Assembly (NCBI GenBank): GCA_963777605.1
Contig: CAVZRV010000011.1
Location: forward strand, 160,001 to 224,000
DNA: 64,000 nt
Origin: an uncultured Acidobacteriota bacterium
GTDB lineage: Bacteria; Acidobacteriota; UBA6911; RPQK01; JAPXNP01
Reading direction: 5' to 3'
Below are positions 9,580 through 20,654 of the stretch, piece after piece. A model generated the notes under the pieces. It had not been told where the DNA came from, searched no databases, and saw only the letters and a program-made list of their open reading frames with translations. The translations under genes and the position numbers were made by a program. Within the stretch, counting starts at the first letter, position 1; each line of letters starts with the position of its first letter.

Positions 9580-10586
9580 GTCTGTTCTGGTGATCCTCTT
9601 GATTTCGGGGCCTTTGGTCGACGGGAACCCTGCTGTTCGTGGGCTGGAACTTCTGGAAAGAGCAAATCCGCACACCCTACCACGGGTACCTTGAAGCGGA
9701 GTGCCGGGTGGCCATTCCGTTTGGAGCCGGAATCCAGGAGATCGGCGCTCGTTTGGAGAGCGCAGGAGTCATCAAGTCCTCCCGTCTTTTCGTGCTGTAC
9801 ATGCGCCTCCAGGGCGATCCCACGCTTATGGCAGGTGAGTACCAGTTTGCCGCCCCACTGAGCATTCCCCAAGTCGTTGAAAAACTTCACCAGGGAGACG
9901 TAGTGAAACGCAAGTTCACCGTTCCTGAAGGGCTTGGCTTGACTGAAATCGCCGTCCTCTGGGAAGAGCGCGGCAACGGGCGCGCAGTGGATTTCGTCCG
10001 CGCGGCGACCAACGCTTCATTGATATCGGACCTCGACCCGGACGCTCGTGACCTGGAAGGCTACCTGTTCCCGGAAACCTACTTTCTCTCGGCAGAAACG
10101 GATGAGGCGCAACTGGTCGGCAGGATGGTCCAGAAGTTCCGGACGTTCTGGACCCCGGAACGGCAGGAGGGGGCCCGCAGCTTTCGAATGACGGTTCGGG
10201 AAATCGTTACGCTGGCCTCACTCGTGGAGAAGGAGACCGGTACCCCGTCAGAGCGCCCGCTGGTTTCCGCCGTCTTTCATAACCGGCTTCGGTTGGGTAT
10301 CCGATTGATGTGTGATCCCACAGTGATCTACGCCGTTCGGCTTCGCAAGCCCTACGACGGAGTCATCAATCAGAGCGATCTCAAACTCGATTCGCCCTAC
10401 AACACCTACCTCTACCCTGGCCTCCCTCCGGGTCCGATCGCCAACCCCGGGGCGCAGTCCATCGACGCCGCATTGAACCCTGCCCCCGCCGACTACCTCT
10501 ATTTCGTGTCCAAGAATGACGGTACCCACATATTTTCTCGGGACTACGGCAGCCACCAGCGGGCCGTTGAGCGTTATCAGCGCTGA
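9563..10586 (+). CDS. mltG: endolytic transglycosylase MltG (+1 frame break near 9607-9610)
   Basis: VPEG, LEGYLFPETY, LASLVEKET, CDPTVIY, SPYNTY..GLPPGPIANPG. The membrane anchor MKRALKSVLVILLISG starts at GTG 9563 (SD GAGGAG) in another frame and joins if one G of GGGG is removed. Confidence 0.9.
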
Positions 10587-10705
10587 TTGCCAGTGTCATT
10601 CGCAAGCCCCCTCCGCAGGTGCATGCCAGTTTCTGACTCAGGACAGTGGGATTCCGGTGCTTGGCCGTTCCCCCCAGTTGAATTAAGATGGAGCTTGATT
10701 CCACC

Positions 10706-11287
10706 ATGAAAAAGGGTCTTCCGATCATACTGTTGCTCCTCGTCGTCCCAGTCCTTCTACCGGGACAAGCCTACATCCCGCCACCGCTGCGCATTCAGGT
10801 TCCGTTCGAGGCTGCCTGGAACGCCATGCACGACGCGCTTCAGGCACGCAACGCACGAATCGACCACGAAAACCGTGGCCGAGGTGAAATCAGGACGGAA
10901 TACACCGAGTTCATTTCGGGGCCTTTGACGAAAGACTATCTTCCCAAGCTCGGGGAAACCCCCAAACTCGGGGATGCGTATTGGGTAAAGGCTGAATTCC
11001 GTTACGACATCACCGTCCAGTTGATCGAAGCAAAGGAAACCCTGGTCTATATCAACACCGATGTCAGAGGGCTCAAACGTGATTTCCTCGGCAAGGAGAC
11101 CTGGGTTTCAATCCCGACCAACGGGAACAAGGAAGAAGAATTGCTGAATCAGTTCGGCAGGCGCCTTTTCGGGGAGCGCTTCACACTCGATACCCCGGGG
11201 CCTGGTTTGTGGCGGCGGGAGCCTCGAAACACTCCGTCTGATTTGAGCGGGCGGGTCCCGAGAACGACCGGACCTGAAAGACCATGA
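10706..11287 (+). CDS. exported protein, BamC/NlpB-like fold possible
   Basis: Signal peptide MKKGLPIILLLLVVP. The pattern PFEAAWNAMHDAL...GEIRTEY...RYDITV resembles helix-grip domains; this is a resemblance only. Confidence 0.55.
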   Translation: MKKGLPIILLLLVVPVLLPGQAYIPPPLRIQVPFEAAWNAMHDALQARNARIDHENRGRGEIRTEYTEFISGPLTKDYLPKLGETPKLGDAYWVKAEFRYDITVQLIEAKETLVYINTDVRGLKRDFLGKETWVSIPTNGNKEEELLNQFGRRLFGERFTLDTPGPGLWRREPRNTPSDLSGRVPRTTGPERP

Positions 11288-11913
11288 ACCCTGAACTTGT
11301 CGACATCCTGGACCGCGCATTGCGCTACTCCATCTGGGTCTTCCTGCTTTCGTACGTGCTGATTCTTCTGGCGGCGCGGACCAGGGTCCGGAAGAAGAAA
11401 CAGCGGGTAGGGGATCTCTACGAAAAAATGGGGGAGGCAGAGGAAGCCACGCCGGTCCAGTCTTTTCACTTGAGTGACTGGCCGATCGCGTTCAACAGCA
11501 TGCTGCTGGCGTTGATCTGCGGGGGATTGTTTTTTGTGGTCTACACGCTGGTGCCCTTTCCAACCGTTCAGAACCTGGTGACTACGTCAAACTGGCAGGT
11601 AGTGCCGCTACGGGTTACCCAGGTCAAGTATGATCGCTACTACGAAGGGTTTTCCGTTTCCGGTGAGGTCTGGAACCAAACCCAGGAACCAATGTCCGAC
11701 ATTCGACTCCAGGTCGAAGTGATCGGAACCGATGACAAACCGATCGACGAGTTTGAAGCGAAGCTCGACAAGAATCCGCTCCCTCCGGGAGAGTCGAGTC
11801 ATTTTGAGTTCAAATACGAAAAGAACTCTCCCTTCATCAAAGGATATCGCTTGACTTTTCTCGCTCCCGGCGGGGCCACGATCCCCCATTTGACCGGCTT
11901 TGACACCCGGTAG
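11284..11913 (+). CDS. membrane protein with FxLYD-like Ig domain
   Basis: Two hydrophobic helices, then VSGEVWNQ...IRLQVEVIGTDDKPI...LPPGESSHF; ATGA overlap with the upstream gene. Confidence 0.65.
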   Translation: MNPELVDILDRALRYSIWVFLLSYVLILLAARTRVRKKKQRVGDLYEKMGEAEEATPVQSFHLSDWPIAFNSMLLALICGGLFFVVYTLVPFPTVQNLVTTSNWQVVPLRVTQVKYDRYYEGFSVSGEVWNQTQEPMSDIRLQVEVIGTDDKPIDEFEAKLDKNPLPPGESSHFEFKYEKNSPFIKGYRLTFLAPGGATIPHLTGFDTR

Positions 11914-11931
11914 CCCCTGATCATCCGAACG

Positions 11932-13677
11932 ATGAAGCAACATTCCCTTTTGCGTCTGCTGCCGTATCTCCGGAAGTATCGCGGACGGCTTCTCCTCGGC
12001 TCGCTGATGGTGCTCTTTTCCAATTCGGCAGGAGTCGCCATCCCCTGGGTCCTGAAGGAAGCGACCAACACGATTCAGTCCGGGGCATTCACCGGTCTCC
12101 AGATTGCAAAGTTTGCCCTGATCATTCTTCTGTTGAGTGCGATCGAGGGCATCTTCAGGTTCCTGATGCGCCGCATCATGATCGGCGTCTCCCGATACAT
12201 CGAGTTTGATCTCCGTAACGATCTTTTTGCCCACCTCCAGAAGATGGCGGTCCCTTTCTTCCAGAGCCGGTCCACCGGCGACATCATGGCCCGATCCACC
12301 AATGACCTGTCGGCCGTGCGATCAGTGCTTGGCCCCGGGATCATGTACTCGGTCAACACTCTCTTCACGACCGTTCTGGCAGTCTCAGTCCTCCTCTCGA
12401 TCAGCCCATACCTGGGTATTGTGACGTTGATTCCCCTGGCCCTGGTGACACTGTCTACCTCGCTGTTCGGCAAGCAGATCCATGAACGGTTCGAGAAAAT
12501 CCAGGAACAGTTCTCCGTCTTGACCACGCTTGCCCAGGAAAATGTCTCGGGAATGCGTGTCGTCAAGGCCTACAACCAGGAGTCGGCATTTGAAGCGAGA
12601 TTTCGGGATGCCAACCAGGAGTACCTGGTCCGCAGCCTTTCCCTGGTCCGAATCTGGGGGGCATTCCAGCCGCTGCTCTCCCTGCTTCTGGGACTGTCTC
12701 TCCTGGTCCTGCTCTGGTACGGTGGGCATCAGGTCGTCAGCGGGGTCATCACGCTGGGTGATTTTGTCGCATTTATCGCCTACCTCTCCATGCTGACCTG
12801 GCCGACGATTGCCCTCGGGTTCGTGATCAACCTGTTCGAGCGCGGGGCCGCCTCGATGAGTCGAATCAACGAGATCTTCGATTCTTCGCCCGGCGTGGAT
12901 GCCCATGAGGCCGGCGAAGTCAGCCGGATCAGAGGAGAAATCGAGTTCCGCGACCTGCATTTCTCCTACAACGGTACCCCGGTCCTGGAGGGCGTCAGCT
13001 TCCGGGTCCCCGCGGGTGAGACGCTGGCGGTCGTAGGAAGGACAGGTTCCGGCAAATCAACCTTGATGGACCTGCTGTGCCGCCTCCACCCAGTTCCGGA
13101 GAACTCAATCTTCATCGACGGAGTGGACATCAACCAGATCCCGCTGTCCGTACTGAGGCAGTCGATCGGATACGCTCCCCAGGAAGCGTTCCTCTTTTCC
13201 GACACAATTCGGGGAAACATCGCATTTGGGAAGCCGGAGGCCACCCCGGAGGAAGTTGAGGAGGCCGCCGCCGGAAGCAATATCCTCCCCGACATCGAGG
13301 ACTTCCCGGATCGCTTCGAGACATTCGTCGGCGAGCGTGGAATCACCCTCTCGGGAGGGCAGAAGCAACGCGTCACGATCAGCAGGGCACTCCTCGTGAA
13401 GCCCCGAATCCTGATCCTTGACGACTCGCTCTCGGCCGTCGACACGGAAACCGAGGAGACCATCCTTCAGCGACTGGGTGCGCACCTCGGGGGGCGGACG
13501 GCAGTTATCATTTCGCACCGCGTTTCAACGATCAAGGGAGCTGACCAGATCATCGTCCTTGACGAAGGCCGCATCGTCGAACGGGGAACTCACGACGACC
13601 TCCTGGCAGTAAACGGCTTCTACGCCGACCTTCACGCGAAACAGTTGTTGCGGGAGGAACTGGACCTGACCACATGA
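11932..13677 (+). CDS. ABC exporter half-transporter (MdlA/YheI-like)
   Basis: TM domain, GDIMARSTND, Walker A GRTGSGKS, LSGGQ, degenerate Walker B ILDDSLSAVD. Confidence 0.93.
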   Translation: MKQHSLLRLLPYLRKYRGRLLLGSLMVLFSNSAGVAIPWVLKEATNTIQSGAFTGLQIAKFALIILLLSAIEGIFRFLMRRIMIGVSRYIEFDLRNDLFAHLQKMAVPFFQSRSTGDIMARSTNDLSAVRSVLGPGIMYSVNTLFTTVLAVSVLLSISPYLGIVTLIPLALVTLSTSLFGKQIHERFEKIQEQFSVLTTLAQENVSGMRVVKAYNQESAFEARFRDANQEYLVRSLSLVRIWGAFQPLLSLLLGLSLLVLLWYGGHQVVSGVITLGDFVAFIAYLSMLTWPTIALGFVINLFERGAASMSRINEIFDSSPGVDAHEAGEVSRIRGEIEFRDLHFSYNGTPVLEGVSFRVPAGETLAVVGRTGSGKSTLMDLLCRLHPVPENSIFIDGVDINQIPLSVLRQSIGYAPQEAFLFSDTIRGNIAFGKPEATPEEVEEAAAGSNILPDIEDFPDRFETFVGERGITLSGGQKQRVTISRALLVKPRILILDDSLSAVDTETEETILQRLGAHLGGRTAVIISHRVSTIKGADQIIVLDEGRIVERGTHDDLLAVNGFYADLHAKQLLREELDLTT

Positions 13678-15455
13678 ACGAGTACCACGAAGAGGAACAA
13701 CTCGGCCGCATTTACGACCACCGGCTGGCGAGGCGACTGCTTCGGTACCTCGGGCCCTACCGGTGGGTCGTCGTTCTTTCGGTGGCACTGCTCATCGTGG
13801 TCTCGGTCCTTCGCCTCGCCGGGCCGCTGCTGACCGAAATCGCCATCGACGACCATATCCAAAAGGGTGACGCCGCCGGCCTGACCAGAATCGCCCTGCT
13901 CTTCCTGGTGATCCTGGTATCGCAATTCGGTGTCTCGTTCATCCAGACCTACCTCACAAACTGGACCGGACAGAAGATCATGTACGACCTCCGGACCGAG
14001 ATCTTCGGCCATGTCCAGCAACTGGACCTGAGCTACTTCGACCGGACCCCGATCGGTCGGATCATCACCCGGATGACGACCGACGTCGATGTACTCAACG
14101 AGCTGTTTACCTCGGGAGTAGTCAACATCTTCGGAGACCTGGTCTCCCTTTTGGGCATCGTCGCGATCATGATCTGGCTCGACTGGAGGCTGGCGCTGCT
14201 CTGCTTCTCGGTGATCCCGCTCCTGTTCGGCGCCACCATGGTCTTCAAGCGAAGGGCCCGAGGAACCTACCGCAGGGTCCGGACCGCCGTCGCGCAAATC
14301 AACTCCTTTCTACAGGAGAACATCACCGGGATGCAGGTGGTTCAGATTTTCAACCAGGAACCCCGAAAACTCGGCGAGTTCGAAGACCGCAACCGGGATC
14401 ATCTGAACGCGAACCTCGACTCGATCTTCTACTACGCGGTCTACTACCCGGTCATCGACTTTCTCGGGGCAATCTCCATAGGATTGATCATCTGGTACGG
14501 CGGACTAAGCACTCTGGATCAGACCGTCACCCTGGGAGTTCTGGTGGCGTTCATTCAGTACGCCGAGCGGTTCTACAAGCCGATCAGCGACTTGAGCGAG
14601 AAGTTCAACATCCTGCAGAGCGCCATGGCAAGCTCGGAACGGATCTTCGCCCTGCTGGACACCGAATCCGTCATCAAAACTCCCCCGGACGCCGGGAAAC
14701 CCGGGCAGTTCCAGGGGAGCATCGAGTTTCGCGACGTCAGTTTCGCCTACAAGCCGGGGGTACCGGTTCTGAAGAACATCAACCTCCGGGTCGAAGCCGG
14801 CGAAAGGGTTGCGATCGTAGGCGCGACCGGTTCAGGAAAGTCCACCCTGATCAACCTCCTCTGCCGCTTCTATGACGTGGGCGAGGGTGCGATCCTGATC
14901 GACGGCGTCGATATTCGCGAGATGGACCTCGACCACGTTCGCCAGTCGGTGTCGGTCGTTCTCCAGGACGTCTTCCTTTTCAGCGCCACAGTCGAAGAGA
15001 ACGTGGGCCTGTGGGGTCGACCTATTGCTCCGGAGCGCTTGCGGGAAGCGACGAGGCAGGTCCACGCGCACTCGTTCATCGAACGGCTGCCTGACGGGTA
15101 CGCGTCGAAGGTCAGCGAGCGGGGCGGCTCGCTTTCCGTTGGGCAGCGCCAGTTGCTCGCGTTCGCGCGAGCCCTGGCTCACGATCCCCGAATACTCGTC
15201 CTCGACGAAGCCACCTCTTCGGTCGACACCGAAACGGAGCTATTGATCCAGGACGCCATTCATCGCCTGATGGAGCACCAGACGTCACTGATCATCGCCC
15301 ACCGCCTCTCGACGATTCAGGACTGCGACCGGATCGTCGTCTTCCATCGCGGTGAGATCAAGGAAGTGGGCAGCCACAACTCGCTCCTTCAGCTGAGGGG
15401 TCTCTATTACAAGCTTTATCAGCTCCAGTACAAGGACCAGATGACTTTGTGCTAA
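13674..15455 (+). CDS. ABC exporter half-transporter (MdlB/YheH-like)
   Basis: Walker A GATGSGKS, degenerate signature LSVGQ, LVLDEATSSVD, AHRLST; ATGA-coupled to its partner. Confidence 0.93.
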   Translation: MNEYHEEEQLGRIYDHRLARRLLRYLGPYRWVVVLSVALLIVVSVLRLAGPLLTEIAIDDHIQKGDAAGLTRIALLFLVILVSQFGVSFIQTYLTNWTGQKIMYDLRTEIFGHVQQLDLSYFDRTPIGRIITRMTTDVDVLNELFTSGVVNIFGDLVSLLGIVAIMIWLDWRLALLCFSVIPLLFGATMVFKRRARGTYRRVRTAVAQINSFLQENITGMQVVQIFNQEPRKLGEFEDRNRDHLNANLDSIFYYAVYYPVIDFLGAISIGLIIWYGGLSTLDQTVTLGVLVAFIQYAERFYKPISDLSEKFNILQSAMASSERIFALLDTESVIKTPPDAGKPGQFQGSIEFRDVSFAYKPGVPVLKNINLRVEAGERVAIVGATGSGKSTLINLLCRFYDVGEGAILIDGVDIREMDLDHVRQSVSVVLQDVFLFSATVEENVGLWGRPIAPERLREATRQVHAHSFIERLPDGYASKVSERGGSLSVGQRQLLAFARALAHDPRILVLDEATSSVDTETELLIQDAIHRLMEHQTSLIIAHRLSTIQDCDRIVVFHRGEIKEVGSHNSLLQLRGLYYKLYQLQYKDQMTLC

Positions 15456-15470
15456 ATTTCGAGTCGTGTT

Positions 15471-17937
15471 GTGTCGATTAACAACGATGGGAGACATGGT
15501 GTGATCGGAGTCAGGCCAGATTCCTCATTTGAGATCAGGCTGGGCATTTTCGTCGATCCTGAGATCCTGGCTGAGTTCTCTATCGAACTCTGCAGGCGGT
15601 TCCACGTCCTGCCTCTGCGCCGGCTCGGTAAGGGTTTACTGGTAGGGGCCGAGGTGGAGCCCAGCCGCCAAGTCATCCAGGAACTCTCCGGAGAGCTCGG
15701 CAAGCCGGTAGCCATCATTCCCTGCGTCTTTGGGGATTTAGAGGAACTCCTGCGTACTCTCTATTCCGGTTCCGGCGGGCACAAGCGGGTGGGCGAGATG
15801 CTGGCCGAGGAAAACCTCGTCACCGAAGATGAGGTCCAAAAGGCTCTCGACCGACAGAAGACCGAGGCCAAAACCCTCGGTCAGATTTTCCTCGATTTGG
15901 GACTGGTTTCAAAACAGGAACTATCGCAGGTCCTCGCCGCCCAGGAGCGGGCCGGGAACTCCTCGATTCTGCCCACTCTCTTCCTCGACGCCAAGCTGAT
16001 GCAGTTGTTACCAGAAGCGGTCGCCAAACGCTACCGGATTTTGCCCTTGATTAAGTCGGAACACGACTTGGTTGTCGCTTCGGGAGACCACCTGGACGAG
16101 ACCCAGCGGGCCGAGATCGAATCGTCCGTCCATCTCAAACTTCGGACGATGGCAGCCGATTCAAGCGAAATTGGGCCGGCCATCGAACGTTTCTATGGCC
16201 GGTTGAAGAGGCGGCGATTGAAGGACCTGCCCCTCGGCGAAGTCCTCGTCGGAGAAGGGCTGGTCAGCCAGGATCAGCTGAACCACTGTCTCTCCGAACA
16301 GAAACTGAGCGGAAAGAAGCTGGGAGAGATCCTCGTTGAAAAGCGATTTGTCAGTGAAGACGCGGTCCTGACTGCAGTCGCAGCCAAGCTGGGCTGCGGG
16401 TTTCGTCGCTTTGCCACCTCCGAAATCGAACTCGAGCTTTCCAAACTCATGCCCAAGCGATTCGCCGAGCAGAATCACGTCCTGCTCCTCGGGAAAGACT
16501 CCAAGACCCAGGAAGCCCTGGTTGTGATGGCAGACCCGGCGGACCTGAATCTGCGTGACATCCTCGACGGCCTCCTGTCACCCCACGGACTGAAACTCAA
16601 GCCGATTCTGGGAGCCCCAAGCAATATCGAGGCAGGGATCAACTTCACCTACCGGTCCCGGGGCCTGCTGGAATCGGCCGAGGAGATGGAGACCGTCACC
16701 ATACACAACCGGGAAAGCGAAGACCTCATGCTGGCGGCCAACGCTCCTGAAATCAAACGCATCCTCAACCAGCTCCTGTACAGCGCGGTAACGGAGGGCG
16801 TCAGCGACATTCATATCGAGAATCTGGAGACGAGCGTTGGGATCCGATTTCGGATCGACGGTGTTCTGGAGGATCGCATCACCGCCGATCAACAAGGAGA
16901 ACATCGCCAACGTCATTTCGGTACTCAAGGTCGACTCGGGTCTGGACATCGCCGAGCGTCGGCGATCTCAGGACGGCGTTTTCAAGAAGCGGATCGGGAA
17001 GGACCGTTTCATCGACTTCCGGATAAATCTCCATGCCACTCCGTTCGGAGAGGATGCCGTAATCCGGATTCTCGACCGGGACAAGAACCTCCTCCCTTTG
17101 GAGAAACTGGGATTTTCCAACAGCACCCTCGACACCTACCTCAGGTTGATCGAGAACCCTCAGGGGCTGATTCTTTTCACGGGGCCGACCGGTTCTGGGA
17201 AGACGACGACCCTCTACTCCACGCTGACCTACCTGAACAAGGGGAACAAGAAGATCGTAACGGCCGAGGACCCGATCGAATACGTGTTACCCGGCATCTC
17301 CCAGTACCAGGTCAACGAAGCCATCGGGAATACTTTCGACGACTATGCGCGCCGGTTTCTCAGAAAGGACCCGGACATTATCCTGATTGGGGAAATCCGG
17401 GACAACAAGACCGCGAAGGCCTGCGTCGATGCCGCCATGACCGGCCACCTGGTCTTCAGCACGCTTCACACCAACGATGCCGTCGGAGTGGTCCGCCGAC
17501 TTCAAAATCTCGACATTGCCGGAGAAATGATCTCCGACTCGCTGCTGCTCGTGGTCTCCCAGCGCCTGGCCAGGAGGAACTGCCCCCAGTGCTCCGAGCC
17601 GTATCAGCCCGATCCCCGACAGTTGGAGACGTTCTTTCCCCGAGGCGTGCCCTCAGACGTTCAATTCGTTCGGGGACTTGGCTGCGATGCCTGCCGTCTC
17701 AAGGGATACCGCGGCCGCGTCGCGCTGTACGAGTTCTGGGAAGTGGGGTCAGAGACACGGCGGATCATTGCGCGGCGTGGCCGGGAAGAGGAGATTCGGG
17801 AAATGGGCCTCCAAGAAGGCTTCCGAGTCCTTCTCGCCGACGCACTCTCCAAGGTATTGTCCCAGATGACCACGATCGAAGAACTCAGCCGCGTCGTTTC
17901 CATCGACCAACTCCAGCGCTACGCCGCCGTGATCTGA
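15471..17937 (+). CDS. GspE/PilB-family ATPase with MshEN-type N-terminal modules (+1 frame break near 16881-16885)
   Basis: SDIHIE and RFRIDGVL in one frame continue into LDIAERRRSQDG, GPTGSGKTTT, EDPIE, DPDIILIGEIRD, TGHLVFSTLHTN and CPQC/CDAC in the +1 frame. Confidence 0.88.
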
Positions 17938-17941
17938 CCGG

Positions 17942-18337
17942 TCACGATTCGTCCAGATCGACCAGGTCCCCGAACTTGTTGATTTCCCTCGGGATCGGCT
18001 CAGCCAGGAGATCGCCGACCGCAGGCCTGCATTCGGCCAGTTTCGCCACCGTAATCGGCTGAAACTCCGGGTCCAGCTTGATCCCGGGACCGCATTCGGA
18101 AGGGCGTGCGTCGATACTCGACAGTTCCGTCAGAGTAAACTGCCCGGCGACCGCCACGCTCCGGCTGAGGATCAGCCCGAAGAAGGTCTCGCCCCCATCA
18201 AATTCGATCACATACCACTGCCAACTGCTGGCCGGATCGAAGAATCGGGCGTACACGAGGGTCTCGGACAGGGGAGTTTCCGGATCCGCTCCGAGAGGCG
18301 GAATCGAGTCGAGAAGTTCCTTCGGTACTTGAATCAT
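17942..18337 (-). CDS. DUF2958-like protein
   Basis: IPPLG...VYARFFDPASSWQWYVIEFDG..TFFGLI...GQFTLTEL..I...IKLD..F.P fits my recollection of the DUF2958 pattern. Confidence 0.65.
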   Translation of the reverse strand: MIQVPKELLDSIPPLGADPETPLSETLVYARFFDPASSWQWYVIEFDGGETFFGLILSRSVAVAGQFTLTELSSIDARPSECGPGIKLDPEFQPITVAKLAECRPAVGDLLAEPIPREINKFGDLVDLDES

Positions 18338-18397
18338 GCCCTGGATGGTCCCCGGGGAAACAGAGGCTGTTGCGCCGGAGACGCTGAACACTCCTGT

Positions 18398-19285
18398 TTA
18401 CTGTATCTTCCACGGGGGATCGGCGGGGAGTCGCCGCTCGAAATCGCGGATCAGCCCCTCTTCGAACGCATCGTCGTAACTACCCGAAGCAAAAAGGTCG
18501 CTCACCTGGCTGAAAAACCGTTCCCAGGATGCTTCCTCGTCGCCAGGGTTGACCGGGTAGAAGCGGGCGCCGTTGGCGCGGGCTGCTCGCAGGTCGCCGG
18601 GAGCATCGCCGATCATGAGTACCCGCGAAGTGTCGTACTTTCCCTTGGACGCAAGCTGGATGTGTTCGGCCTTGCTTCCCATCTCCTGTCCTGCAATGAT
18701 CCGCACGAAACCATCGATCGAGTGCTCCTCCCACTCCCGTCGCAGGGCTTCGATCGGAGTTGCGGAACAAACGATTACATCGGCCCACTCCGAAATTTTC
18801 TCGAGGCTTTCTCTGACCGATGGAAACGGTGGCACTCCCTTGACCATGTCGGCAACTGTGGCATTGACCGCTTCACTCCACTCAAGGGCCTGCCGCAGCA
18901 CATCGTCACCGGTCTTCTCCACTTCAGCCTTCAGGGCCGGATTACCGAGCTTGGTCTCCCGCTTGATCCAGTCACGGAGGGAGGCCGCCCGGGGAACCTT
19001 CACCTGTCGGCGGGTTACTTCCGGCCAATCGGAGAGCAGATCGAAAACCATGGTCAGAGCAGGAAACCGGTTGATCCCCCGCCATTTCGAATAGAGATTG
19101 ACGAACTCCGCTGCGAAACGCGCGTATTTCGAGACCGGCTGGAGTTCCCAGTAGCGAATGATGTTCGGAATAAAGCACTCCTTGTGCTTTATTTCCATGG
19201 TGTCGAACGCGCATCCGTCGGAATCGATCGCTACCAGGAATTCCTTTCGGGGTTCAAGATTTCGAAGTTCCGCCTGCAGATCCAT
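18398..19285 (-). CDS. HAD-family hydrolase (sugar-phosphate phosphatase-like)
   Basis: Motif I DSDG, motif II CSAT, motif III K, motif IV IGDAPGD; SD AGGAG. Confidence 0.85.
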   Translation of the reverse strand: MDLQAELRNLEPRKEFLVAIDSDGCAFDTMEIKHKECFIPNIIRYWELQPVSKYARFAAEFVNLYSKWRGINRFPALTMVFDLLSDWPEVTRRQVKVPRAASLRDWIKRETKLGNPALKAEVEKTGDDVLRQALEWSEAVNATVADMVKGVPPFPSVRESLEKISEWADVIVCSATPIEALRREWEEHSIDGFVRIIAGQEMGSKAEHIQLASKGKYDTSRVLMIGDAPGDLRAARANGARFYPVNPGDEEASWERFFSQVSDLFASGSYDDAFEEGLIRDFERRLPADPPWKIQ

Positions 19286-19347
19286 TCTGACTTCTCCTGT
19301 ACGCTTCTTTACACTCCCGGACTCTGGCCGAGGCCGGGGCGAATTTG

Positions 19348-20637
19348 TTAGCGTTGGCCCTGTGGTACGTAGGGTACCAGTTTCCGTTCGGCGAACAGCG
19401 GGCTCAGCCTCGCAAAACGCTGGATACCGTTTACGATGGGCACGCTGATCCAGTCCTCCCCGATGAGAGGCCGGGCGTATTTTACGAAATCATCGGTCAC
19501 ATCGACTCGATTCGGTGCGATCCAGTCTTTCGGAAAACGACGTTCCGAATTCGCCACGACTGTCAATGGAACCTTGCCAAAGTCGGCCCGGTAGAGAGGA
19601 CCAGGCAACCGGACGATCGTCGACATGTAACCCGATCCGTCCTCAACCGCAATATGCACCGCGTTCAGGCCCACTTTGTACGCCTCGTCCAGATCGACCA
19701 CTGAAGCGTAGATCATGGTGTCCCGCTGATCTGTGCCGGCGATCTGACCACGCGCCGCTCCCCGGGCTTTCAGGCCAACCCGGTTGAGGTGATTGACGAC
19801 CAACTGTTGGGCGGTGCTCCGGCTGGAACTGAACTCCGTGTGTCCAAAGGAGTCTTTGACTTCGCCGACGTCCCCGACGTCGAACCCCTCGCTGACCACG
19901 ACGAGGACCCGACCATCCCGAACCAGCTGGTCATTCACGCGGTCGGTCAACTCGGCCAACCCGATCCCGGCTTCCGGCATGTAAATTTGCATCGGAAACC
20001 GGCGCTCCGGATCGGCCAGCCGCGCTGCTGCCGGAATGAAACCAATTTTTCGCCCCATCGCCTGCACGATCATTACCGGGTCCGCTGGAGACGAACCTCG
20101 ATTCTCTTCTTCCAGATTTTGCAGGTTGAGGGCCCAAAACCGGGCCGTGCTCCCGTAGCCCGGCGTGTGATCCACCAGTTTCATTTCGGGATCACCGACA
20201 TCGTTGTCGATCGTCTTGGCAGCTCCGACCGAGACCAACTCCAGCCCTCTTTCGTGAGCGAGATCGGAGATTTTCTGGGCGGTGTCCATGGAGTCATTCC
20301 CGCCGATGTAGAAAAAGTAACCCACCTCGTGCGCCCTGAAGACCTCGATGATCCTCTCGAAATCCTCCTGCTGGTGCCCCTTGAGCTTGTACCGGCAGGT
20401 ACCGATCGCACCTGCGGCAGGAGTCGTTCGCAGCAATTGGATCTCGTCCGGCGGCTGGGCTGAGAGGTCCAGGAGTTCCTCGTTCAGGACACCGAGAATG
20501 CCGTGGTAGGCTCCGTAGACGGTCCCGAACGTGGAGAGATAGGACTGGCATCCGTCAATGACACCTCGAAGTGAGTTGTTGATGACCGGCGACGGTCCGC
20601 CGGACTGGGCGACCACAACATTGCGAAACTTGCTCAT
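19348..20637 (-). CDS. pfp: PfkA-family kinase, predicted pyrophosphate-dependent
   Basis: AQSGGPSPVIN, GTCRYK, GGNDSMD (Asp at the PPi-specificity position), AKTIDND, MGR. Confidence 0.85.
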   Translation of the reverse strand: MSKFRNVVVAQSGGPSPVINNSLRGVIDGCQSYLSTFGTVYGAYHGILGVLNEELLDLSAQPPDEIQLLRTTPAAGAIGTCRYKLKGHQQEDFERIIEVFRAHEVGYFFYIGGNDSMDTAQKISDLAHERGLELVSVGAAKTIDNDVGDPEMKLVDHTPGYGSTARFWALNLQNLEEENRGSSPADPVMIVQAMGRKIGFIPAAARLADPERRFPMQIYMPEAGIGLAELTDRVNDQLVRDGRVLVVVSEGFDVGDVGEVKDSFGHTEFSSSRSTAQQLVVNHLNRVGLKARGAARGQIAGTDQRDTMIYASVVDLDEAYKVGLNAVHIAVEDGSGYMSTIVRLPGPLYRADFGKVPLTVVANSERRFPKDWIAPNRVDVTDDFVKYARPLIGEDWISVPIVNGIQRFARLSPLFAERKLVPYVPQGQR

Positions 20638-20654
20638 AAGTCCCTGCCGACTCC

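Noticed and set aside
16885-18062. Arg/Pro-rich C-terminal 390 aa of the 863-aa ORF as a novel domain
   Set aside because: It is out-of-frame read-through; the ATPase motifs are in the +1 frame.
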